NCBI GenBank assembly: GCA_965655095.1
Contig: OZ296648.1
Span: 106,206,001 to 106,270,000, forward strand
Length of the DNA stretch: 64,000 nt
Reading direction: 5' to 3'
DNA from: Haplodiscus bocki
Lineage: Eukaryota
The notes under the pieces were generated by a model. It was given only the letters and a program-made list of their open reading frames with translations, did not search any database and was not told the origin of the DNA. Positions 1 through 11,900 of this stretch are shown here, in pieces. Position numbers and translations under genes: made by a program. Position 1 is the first letter of the stretch; every line of letters starts with the position of its first letter.

Positions 1-3000
1 GCCTATAGCAAGCGATATTGCCAAACAGTGGAGGACATTGGTTAGAAGTCAACTCCAAAGATTCGAAAGCAAAACCTAACCTTTGCTCTTGACACTACCA
101 CTATAAGAGAGAAAATATATAAGAATTGATAGCAATAATAGGGATATGACAACTATACGATTTGTATAGTCTTAGTAGCGGCCCTATTTACAAAAACAAA
201 TCACGCTTTTTTTGTGAGTCTGATGCCCTAATTTTTTTCATTTACCTCACCAACACCTGAAGGCATTTTAAGAAAGCGTAAGGCTTTCAAAAAGTCTTTC
301 ACATTTTATCTACCTTTATTTGTATATGTATGTGAAGTGAATTGATATATTTTTGGGGAGTTTGGTAGATTTGTATGTGTTGGAAGGTAAATGTGAAAAT
401 ATCATTCAACATCCTACGCTCTTTCCTAATGCCCCCAAGTGTTGGGGAGGTAAATGGAAAAATTTGAGAGCAGGCTCCGGTAATTGTTCTAGAGTCACAG
501 ATTTAACATGTCTTTGAAGAGTTGCTGCGACAGTTGCATGCTTAACTGGGACATCCACTTGGATCATATTGATACAATCGGCGGCCAGTCTGGTGCCGTT
601 TATTAGCCGTATTGTTGAATCTCAGATGAATTTTTTCATCAGTCTAACCATGTGCTCCAATGGTTGATTACTTCGCTCAGCTAATGAAAACTTGAGACAA
701 ACCTTTTTGGCATGCTTGACCCGTTTGCTCCTGTTTGATGCATGTTTTTGTCGGCAGTGTGTTATCTCGACAAAAAACACACAATATACCTTTCAATTAA
801 TAAATGGCTGTTTTTTAAATTTCTCGCTCAGTTTTCGCTATACACATTAACATTTCGTGGAGCTGCGCGACCAGGGAAACCAAAAAATGCAAATGAGCAG
901 GAACGTCAAATCATTCATATTGTTGATTGATGTGAAAACATTACCAGTTTGGTCATTCAAGATCGGGCAACATCGGATTGTATGTTTTTCTAGCATACAA
1001 CACTTTTCGTAGTGGGCGTTGATGACGAGTCGTTCATTTCTTACGGAATATATTATTGGATACATTTTTTAAAAGAGTAGCGAAATGTGTATTTGATTTT
1101 TTATGTCTTTGATATGCAGTTCTTTTAAAATGTCTACTGCACAAATATATCACGAATTTTAAATTTTGATTTGACTTCAATCAATCTGCAAAAAAATCAA
1201 CGGCATATATTTCAATTATCGCTGTTATTTACTCTTTTCTTTGTTAGAATATTAAAAAACTACTTCACTGGCCAACTCATCTGTTCAACTCTCTCAGGCT
1301 TTGTGACAGCATTCCTAGTGAAGTTCCCACTTCACAGAATCCTTTTCCGTCGATGAGATTCGTTTATAGTTCATCCTATAGAACGCGATTATGCCAAAGA
1401 TTGGGGCATATTGGTTATAGGTGAACTCCAAACACTTCGGCTGTAGCCATAACTTTTACCATTGACAGTACCATTATAGAAGTCGAAATTGAATAAGGAT
1501 AGAATGCATTTAAAAAAGAGAATTGACAAATATGCGATTTTTTATAATCTCAATAGTGGCCATGTTTACAGGACAAATCACCATTTTTGTGAGCCTGGTC
1601 GCGTAATCATCTTCATTTACCTTCGCAACACCTGGGGCAATATAGAAAAGCGTTAGACTTCCAATAAGTTTTTACTTTCTTGTACTTATATTCGTATATG
1701 TATGTGAAATGTATGGATATATATCTAGATACCTTGGTAGATTTTTCTGTTGGAAGGTGAAGGTGAAATTATAATTGAATGTTATACGCTTTTCCATAAT
1801 TTCCCCAGTTGTTGGAGATGTAATTGGAAAACTTTAGGAGCAGGCTCCGGTAATTGTTCTAGAGTCAGAGATTTAACATGTCTTTGAAGAGTTGCTGCGA
1901 CAGTTGCATGCTTAACTGGGACATCCACTTGGATCATATTGATACAATCGGCGGCCAGTCTGGTGCCGTTTATTAGCCGTATTGTTGAAGCTCAGATGAA
2001 TTTTTTCATCAGTCTAAACATGTGCTCCAATGGTTGATTACTTCGCTCAGATAATGAAAACTTGAGACAAACCTTTTTGGCATGCTTGACCCGTTTGCTC
2101 CTGTTTGATGCATGTTTTTGTCGGCAGTGTTTTATCTCGACAAAAAACACACAATATACCTTTCAATTAATAAATGGCTGTTTTTTAAATTTCTCGCTCA
2201 GTTTTCGCTATACACATTAACATTTCGTGGAGCTGCGCGACCAGGGAAACCAAAAAATGCAAATGAGCAGGAACGTCAAATCATTCATATTGTTGATTGA
2301 TGTGAAAACATTACCAGTTTGGTCATTCAAGATCGGGCAACATCGGATTGTATGTTTTTCTAGCATACAACACTTTTCGTAGTGGGCGTTGATGACGAGT
2401 CGTTCATTTGTTACGGAATATATTATTGGATACATTTTTTAAAAGAGTAGCGAAATGTGTATTTGATTTTTTATGTCTTTGATATGCAGTTCTTTTAAAA
2501 TGTCTACTGCACAAATATATCACGAATTTTAAATTTTGATTTGACTTCAATCAATCTGCAAAAAAATCAACGGCATAAATTTCAATTATCGCTGTTATTT
2601 ACTCTTTTCTTTGTTAGAATATTAAAAAACTACTTCACTGGCCAACTCATCTGTTCAACTCTCTCAGGCTTTGTGACAGCATTCCTAGTGAAGTTCCCAC
2701 TTCACAGAATCCTTTTCCGTCGATGAGATTGGTTTATAGTTCATCCTATAGAACGCGATTATGCCAAAGATTGGGGCATATTGGTTAGAGGTGAACTCCA
2801 AACACTTCGGCTGTAGCCATAACTTTTACCATTGACAGTACCATTATAGAAGTCGAAATTGAATAAGGATAGACAGGACAAATCACCATTTTTGTGAGCC
2901 TGGTCGCGTAATCATCTTCATTTACCTTCGCAACACCTGGGGCAATATAGAAAAGCGTTAGACTTCCAATAAGTTTTTACTTTCTTGTACTTATATTCGT

Positions 3001-5912
3001 ATATGTAAGTGAAATGTATGGATATTTATCTAGGTACCTTGGTAGATTTTTCTGTTGGAAGGTGAAGGTGAAATTATAATTGAATGTTATACGCTTTTCC
3101 ATAATTTCCCCAGTTGTTGATGTAATTGGAAAAATTTAGGAGCAGGCTCCGGTAATTGTTCTAAAGTCAGAGATTTAACATGTCTTTGAACAGTTGCTGC
3201 GACAGTTGCATGCTTAACTGGGACGTCAACTTGGATCATACTGATGCAATCGGCCGCCAGTCTGGTGCCGTTTAGTAGCCTTAGCTGTATTGTTGAAGCT
3301 CAGATGAATTTTTCCAGCAGTCTGAACATGTGCTCTAATGGCTGATTACTTGGCTCAGCTGATCAAAACTTGAGACAAACCCTTCCGGCATGCTTGACCA
3401 GTTTGCTTCTGTTTAATGCATGTTTTTTGTCGGCAGTGTGTTAACTTGACAAAAAACAAACATACCTTTCAATTGATAAATGGCTTTTTTTTAAATTTTC
3501 TCGCCCAGTTTTCTCTATACACATCAACATTTCGTGGCGCTGCGCTACCAGGGAACTAAAAAATGCAGTTCCACAGGAACATCAAATCATTCATAATATT
3601 GTTTGATGCAAACACATGTTACTAATTGCGCAAACACATGTTACTAATTGCGTCATTCAAGATCGGGCAATTTTGGATTGTATGTTTTTAAAGAATACAA
3701 CGCATTTCTTAGTAGTGGCCGTTGATGACGACTCGTTCATTTATTAGCGAATATGTTATTTGAAATATTTTTTTACGTGTTGCAAACTGTGTATTTGATT
3801 TTTTATGTCTATAATATGCACTTTTTTTTGAAATGTCTGACTCCTCTATCACAAAATTAAGTATTCGATTTGACTTCAACCTTTCTGAAAAAATGACCAG
3901 CATAAATTTCAACTGTTGCGGTCCCTTACTTTTTTTTGTTCAATTATCAAAACAAATTCAGTGGCCAGTTCATCATTTCAATTCTTTCAGGCTTTGCGAT
4001 TAAGAATCCTTAGTGAAGTTACCCCCTCCTTGAATCGTTTCTTTGGAACGGATTGGTTTAGACTTCCGCCTATAGCAAGCGATATTGCCAAACAGTGGAG
4101 GACATTGGTTAGAAGTCAACTCCAAAGATTCGAAAGCAAAACCTAACCTTTGCTCTTGACACTACCACTATAAGAGAGAAAATATATAAGAATTGATAGC
4201 AATAATAGGGATATGACAACTATACGATTTGTATAGTCTTAGTAGCGGCCCTATTTACAAAAACAAATCACGCTTTTTTTTGTGAGCCGGATGCCCTAAT
4301 TTTTTTCATTTACCTCACCAACACCTGAAGGCATTTTAAGAAAGCGTAAGGCTTTCAAAAAGTCTTTCACATTTTATCTACCTTTATTTGTATATGTATG
4401 TGAAGTGAATTGATATATTTTTGGGGAGTTTGGTAGATTTGTATGTGTTGGAAGGTAAATGTGAAAATATCATTCAACATCTTACGCTCTTTCCTAATGC
4501 CCCCAAGTGTTGGGGAGGTAAATGGAAAAATTTGAGAGCAGGCTCCGGTAATTGTTCTAGAGTCAGAGATTTAACATGTCTTTGAAGAGTTGCTGCGACA
4601 GCTGCTGCATGCTTAACTGGGACATCCACTTGGATCATATTGATACAATCGGCGGCCAGTCTGGTGCCGTTTATTAGCCGTATTGTTGAAGCTCAGATGA
4701 ATTTTTTCATCAGTCTAAACATGTGCTCCAATGGTTGATTACTTCGCTCAGCTAATGAAAACTTGAGACAAACCTTTTTGGCATGCTTGACCAGTTTGCT
4801 CCTGTTTGATGCATGTTTTTGTCGGCAGTGTGTTATCTCGACAAAAAACACACAATGAACCTTTCAATTATTAAATGGCTGTTTTTTAAATTTCTCGCTC
4901 AGTTTTCGCTATACACATTAACATTTCGTGGAGCTGCGCGACCAGGGAAACCAAAAAATGCAAATGAGCAGGAACGTCAAATCATTCATATTGTTGATTG
5001 ATGTGAAAACATTACCAATGGCGTCATTCAAGATTGGGCATCTTCGGATTGTACGTTTTTCTAGCATACAACACATTTCGTATTGGCCGTTGATGACGAG
5101 TCGTTCATTTGTTACGGAATATATTATTGGAAACATTTTTTAAAAGAGTAGCGAAATGTGTATTTGATTTTTTATGTCTTTGATATGCAGTTCTTTTAAA
5201 ATGTCTACTGCACAAATTTATCACGAATTTTAATTTTTGATTTGACTTCAATCAATCTGCAAAAAAATCAACGGCATAAATTTCAATTATCGCTGTTATT
5301 TACTGTTTTCTTTGTTAGAATATTAAAAAACTACTTCACTGGCCAACTCATCTGTTCAACTCTCTCAGGCTTTGTGACAGCATTCCTAGTGAAGTTCCCA
5401 CTTCACAGAATCCTTTTCCGTCGATGAGATTGGTTTATAGTTCATCCTATAGAACGCGATTATGCCAAAGATTGGGGCATATTGGTTAGAGGTGAACTCC
5501 AAACACTTCGGCTGTAGCCATAACTTTTACCATTGACAGTACCATTATAGAAGTCGAAATTGAATAAGGATAGAATGCATCTAAAAAAGAGAATTGACAA
5601 ATATGCGATTTTTTATAGTCTCAATAGTGGCCATGTTTACAGAACAAATCACGCATTTTTGTGAGCCTGGTCGCGTAATCATCTTCATTTACCTTCGCAA
5701 CACCTGGGGCAATATAGAAAAGCGTAAGACTTCCAATAAGTTTTTACTTTCTTGTACTTATATTCGTATATGTATGTAAAATGTATGGATATATATCTAG
5801 ATACCTTGGTAGATTTTTCTGTTGGAAGCTGAAGGTGAAATTATAATTGAATGTTATACGCTTTTCCATAATTTCCCCAGTTGTTGGAGATGTAATTGGA
5901 AAACTTTAGGAG
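1..5912. repeat. HOR domain 1: (B)-A-A(del65)-B-A, ~4.07 kb period
   Basis: 1-470 is near-identical to ~4068-4538, and anchors 471 and 4539 are 4068 apart. Monomers 471 and 1841 are near-identical A types; monomer 3143 is B type (22-bp duplication at 3608-3651). Confidence 0.8.
3608..3651. repeat. 22-bp tandem duplication (GCAAACACATGTTACTAATTGC x2), diagnostic of B monomers
   Basis: Perfect two-copy repeat here. It recurs, sometimes with small changes, in 18 B-type units (e.g. ~6378, 8338, 14239, 17048, 21130, 27978, 43015, 49167, 55344, 63674). Confidence 0.95.
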
Positions 5913-8900
5913 CAGGCTCCGGTATTTGTTCTAAAGCCAGAGATTTAACATGTCTTTGAAGAGTTGCTGCGACAGTTGCATGCTTAACTGGGACGTCAGC
6001 TTGGATCATACTGATGCAATCGGCCGCCAGTATGGTGCCGTTCATTAGCCTTAGCCGATTGTTGAAGCTCACATGAATTTTTCCATCAGTCTGAACATGT
6101 GCTCCAATGGCTGATTACTTGGCTCAGCTGATCAAAACTTGAGACAAACCCTTTTGGCATGCTTGACCAGTTTGCTTCTGTTTAATGCATGTTTTTTGTC
6201 GGCATTGTGCTAACTGGACAAAAAACAAACATACTTTTCAATTGATAAATGGCTGTTTTTTAAATATTCTCGCGCAGTTTTCGCTATACACATCAACATT
6301 TCGTGGCGCTGCGCTACCAGGGAACTAAAAAAATGCAGTTTCACAGGAACATCAAATCATTGATAATATTGCTTGATGCAAACACATGTTACTAATTGCG
6401 CAAACACATGTTACTAATTGCGTCATTCAAGATCGGGCATCTTCGGATTGTATGTTTTTAATGAATACAACGCATTTCTTAGTAGTGGCCGTTGATGACG
6501 ACTCGTTCATTTATTAGCGAATATGTTAATTGAAATATTTTTTTACGTGTTGCAAAATGTTTCTTTGATTTTTTATGTCTATAATATGCACTTTTTTTGA
6601 ATTGTCTGACGCCTGTATCACAAAATTAAGTATTCGATTTGATTGCTAAAGCTCAGATGAATTTTTCCATCAGTCTGAACATGTGCTCTAAAGGCTGATT
6701 ACTTCGCTCGGCTAATCAAAACTTGAGACAAACCTTTTTAGCATGCTTGACCAGTTTGCTCCTGTTTGATGCATGTTTTTTGTGGGCAGTGTGTTATCTG
6801 GACAAAAAACACAATATACCTTTCAATTAATAAATTGCTGTTTTTTTGATATTTCTCGCTCAGTTTTCGCCAAACACATCAACATTTCGTGGAGCTGCCG
6901 GACCAGGGAAACCGAAAAAAATGGCAAATGAGCCGAACGTCAAATCATTCATATTGTTGATTGATGTGAAAACATTACCAGTTTGGTCATTCAAGATCGG
7001 GCAGCATCGGATTGTATGTTTTTCTAGCATACAACACTTTTCGTAGTGGGCGTTGATGACGAGTCGTTCATTTGTTACGGAATATATTATTGGAAACATT
7101 TTTTAAAAGAGTAGCGAAATGTGTATTTGATTTTTTATGTCTATGATATGCAGTTCTTTTAAAATGTCTACTGCACAAATATATCACGAATTTTAAATTT
7201 TGATTTGACTTCAATCAATCTGCAAAAAAATCAACGGCATAAATTTCAATTATCGCTGTTATTTACTCTTTTCTTTGTTAGAATATTAAAAAACTACTTC
7301 ACTGGCCAACTCATCTGTTCAACTCTCTCAGGCTTTGTGACAGCATTCCTAGTGAAGTTCCCCTTCACAGAATCGTTTTTCGTCGATCAGATTGGTTTAT
7401 AGTTCCTCCTATAGAAAACGAATATGCCAAAGGTTGGGGATATTGGTTAGAGGTGATTTCCAAACACTTCGGCTGTAGCTATAACTTTTACCATTGACAC
7501 TACCACTAAAGGAGTCGAAATTGGACAAGGATTGATTGCATTTAAAAAAGATAATTGACAATTATGCGATTTTTTATGATCTCAATAGTGGCCATGTTTA
7601 CAGAACAAATCATGCATTTTTGTGAGCCTGGTCGCGTAATCATCTTCATATACCTTCGCAACACCTGGGGCAATATAGAAAAGCGTAAGACTTCCAATAA
7701 GTTTTTACTTTCTTGTGCTTATATTCGTATATGTATGTGAAATGTATGGATATATATCTAGATACCTTGGTAGATTTTTCTGTTGGAAGCTGAAGCTGAA
7801 ATTATAATTGAATGTTATCTCTTTTCCATTATTTCCCCAGTTGTTGGAGATGTAATTGGAAAACTTTAGGAGCAGGCTCCGGTATTTGTTCTAAAGCCAG
7901 AGATTTAACATGTCTTTGAAGAGTTGCTGCGACAGTTGCATGCTTAACTGGGACGTCAGCTTGGATCATACTGATGCAATCGGCCGCCAGTATGGTGACG
8001 TTCATTAGCCTTAGCCGATTGTTGAAGCTCACATGAATTTTTCCATCAGTCTGAACATGTGCTCCAATGGCTGATTACTTGGCTCAGCTGATCAAAACTT
8101 GAGACAAACCCTTTTGGCATGCTTGACCAGTTTGCTTCTGTTTAATGCATGTTTTTTGTCGGCATTGTGTTAACTGGACAAAAAACAAACATACCTTTCA
8201 ATTGATAAATGGCTGTTTTTTAAATATTCTCGCGCAGTTTTCGCTATACACATCAACATTTCGTGGCGCTGCGCTACCAGGGAACTAAAAAAATGCAGTT
8301 TCACAGGAACATCAAATCATTCATAATATTGCTTGATGCAAACACATGTTACTAATTGCGCAAACACATGTTACTAATTGCGTCATTCAAGATCGGGCAT
8401 CTTCGGATTGTATGTTTTTAAAGAATACAACGCATTTCTTAGTAGTGGCCGTTGATGACGATTCGTTCATTTATTAGCGAATATGTTAATTGAAATAATT
8501 TTTTACGTGATGCAAAATGTGTCTTTGATTTTTTATGTCTATAATATGCACTTTTTTTGAATTGTCTGACGCCTGTATCACAAAATTAAGTATTCGATTT
8601 GATTGCTAAAGCTCAGATGAATTTTTCCATCAGTCTGAACATGTGCTCTAATGGCTGATTACTTCGCTCGGCTAATCAAAACTTGAGACGAACCTTTTTG
8701 GCATGCTTGACCAGTTTGCTCCTGTTTGATGCATGTTTTTTGTGGGCAGTGTGTTATCTGGACAGAAAACACAATATACCTTTCAATTAATAAATTGCTG
8801 TTTTTTTGATATTTCTCGCTCAGTTTTCGCCAAACACATCAACATTTCGTGGAGCTGCGCGACCAGGGAAACCGAAAAAAAATGGCAAATGAGCCGAACG

Positions 8901-11900
8901 TCAAATCATTCATATTGTTGATTGATGTGAAAACATTACCAGTCTGGTCATTCAAGATCGGGCAGCATCGGATTGTATGTTTTTCTAGCATACAACACTT
9001 TTCGTAGTGGGCGTTGATGACGAGTCGTTCATTTGTTACGGAATATATTATTGGAAACATTTTTTAAAAGAGTAGCGAAATGTGTATTTGATTTTTTATG
9101 TCTATGATATGCAGTTCTTTTAAAATGTCTACTGCACAAATATATCACGAATTTTAAATTTTGATTTGACTTCAATCAATCTGCAAAAAAATCAACGGCA
9201 TAAATTTCAATTATCGCTGTTATTTACTGTTTTCTTTGTTAGAATATTAAAGAACTACTTCACTGGCCAACTCATCTGTTCAACTCTCTCAGGCTTTGTG
9301 ACAGCATTCCTAGTGAAGTTCCCACTTCACAGAATCCTTTTCCGTCGATGAGATTGGTTTATAGTTCATCCTATAGAACGCAAATATGCCAAAGATTGGG
9401 GCATATTGGTTAGAGGTGAACTCCAAACACTTCGGCTGTAGCCATAACTTTTACCATAACATTGACAGTACCATTATAGAAGTCGAAATTGAATAAGAAT
9501 AGAATGCATTTAAAAAAGAGAATTGACAAATATGCGATTTTTTAAGATCTCAATAGTGGCCATGTTTACAGAAGAAATCACGCATTTTTGTGAGCCTGGT
9601 CGCGTAATCATCTTCATATACCTTCGCAACACCTGGGGCAATATAGAAAAGCGTAAGACTTCCAATAAGTTTTTACTTTCTTGTGCTAATATTCGTATAT
9701 GTATGTGAAATGTATGGATATATATCTAGATACCTTGGTAGATTTTTCTGTTGGAAGCTGAAGCTGAAATTATAATTGAATGTTATCTCTTTTCCATTAT
9801 TTCCCCAGTTGTTGGAGATGTAATTGGAAAACTTTAGGAGCAGGCTCCGGTATTTGTTCTAAAGCCAGAGATTTAACATGTCTTTGAAGAGTTGCTGCGA
9901 CAGTTGCATGCTTAACTGGGACGTCAGCTTGGATCATACTGATGCAATCGGCCGCCAGTATGGTGCCGTTCATTAGCCTTAGCCGATTGTTGAAGCTCAC
10001 ATGAATTTTTCCATCAGTCTGAACATGTGCTCCAATGGCTGATTACTTGGCTCAGCTGATCAAAACTTGAGACAAACCCTTTTGGCATGCTTGACCAGTT
10101 TGCTTCTGTTTAATGCATGTTTTTTGTCGGCATTGTGTTAACTGGACAAAAAACAAACATACCTTTCAATTGATAAATGGCTGTTTTTTAAATATTCTCG
10201 CGCAGTTTTCGCTATACACATCAACATTTCGTGGCGCTGCGCTACCAGGGAACTAAAAAAATGCAGTTTCACAGGAACATCAAATCATTCATAATATTGC
10301 TTGATGCAAACACATGTTACTAATTGCGCAAACACATGTTACTAATTGCGTCATTCAAGATCGGGCATCTTCGGATTGTATGTTTTTAAAGAATACAACG
10401 CATTTCTTAGTATTGGCCGTTGATGACGACTCGTTCATTTATTAGCGAATATGTTAATTGAAATATTTTTTACGTGTTGCAAAATGTGTCTTTGATTTTT
10501 TATGTCTATAATATGCACTTTTTTTGAATTGTCTGACGCCTGTATCACAAAATTAAGTATTCGATTTGATTGCTAAAGCTCAGATGAATTTTTCCATCAG
10601 TCTGAACATGTGCTCTAATGGCTGATTACTTCGCTCGGCTAATCAAAACTTGAGACAAACCTTTTTGGCATGCTTGACCAGTTTGCTCCTGTTTGATGCA
10701 TGTTTTTTGTGGGCAGTGTGTTATCTGGACAAAAAACACAATATACCTTTCAATTAATAAATTGCTGTTTTTTTGATATTTCTCGCTCAGTTTTCGCCAA
10801 ACACATCAACATTTCGTGGAGCTGCGCGACCAGGGAAACCGAAAAAAAATGGCAAATGAGCCGAACGTCAAATCATTCATATTGTTGATTGATGTGAAAA
10901 CATTACCAGTTTGGTCATTCAAGATCGGGCAGCATCGGATTGTATGTTTTTCTAGCATACAACACTTTTCGTAGTGGGCGTTGATGACGAGTCGTTCATT
11001 TGTTACGGATTATATTATTGGAAACATTTTTTAAAAGAGTAGCGAAATGTGTATTTGATTCTTTATGTCTATGATATGCAGTTCTTTTAAAATGTCTACT
11101 GCACAAATATATCACGAATTTTAAATTTTGATTTGACTTCAATCAATCTGCAAAAAAATCAACGGCATAAATTTCAATTATCGCTGTTATTTACTGTTTT
11201 CTTTGTTAGAATATTAAAGAACTACTTCACTGGCCAACTCATCTGTTCAACTCTCTCAGGCTTTGTGACAGCATTCCTAGTGAAGTTCCCACTTCACAGA
11301 ATCCTTTTCCGTCGATGAGATTGGTTTATAGTTCATCCTATAGAACGCAAATATGCCAAAGATTGGGGCATATTGGTTAGAGGTGAACTCCAAACACTTC
11401 GGCTGTAGCCATAACTTTTACCATAACATTGACAGTACCATTATAGAAGTCGAAATTGAATAAGAATAGAATGCATTTAAAAAAGAGAATTGACAAATAT
11501 GCGATTTTTTATGATCTCAATAGTGGCCATGTTTACAGAAGAAATCACGCATTTTTGTGAGCCTGGTCGCGTAATCATCTTCATATACCTTCGCAACACC
11601 TGGGGCAATATAGAAAAGCGTAAGACTTCCAATAAGTTTTTACTTTCTTGTGCTTATATTCGTATATGTATGTGAAATGTATGGATATATATCTAGATAC
11701 CTTGGTAGATTTTTCTGTTGGAAGCTGAAGCTGAAATTATAATTGAATGTTATCTCTTTTCCATTATCTCCCCAGTTGTTGGAGATGTAATTGGAAAACT
11801 TTAGGAGCAGGCTCCGGTATTTGTTCTAAAGTCAGAGATTTAACATGTCTTTGAAGAGTTGCTGCGACAGTTGCATGCTTAACTGGGACACCCACTTGGA

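Noticed and set aside
500-750. Cluster of RCATGY motifs resembling p53-family half-sites
   Set aside because: Half-sites are isolated, ~30-110 bp apart and mostly mismatched; no paired full site.
1743-1762. CENP-B box-like TTCTGTTGGAAGGTGA
   Set aside because: Lacks the essential TTCG and CGGG positions.
1998-2020. Hammerhead ribozyme core (CTGATGA on the minus strand), as found in some satellites
   Set aside because: Most copies read CTGATGG, and I could not build stems I-III with a correctly placed GAAA and cleavage triplet.
3608-3651. CRISPR-like repeat
   Set aside because: Only two abutting copies with no unique spacers, and no cas genes.
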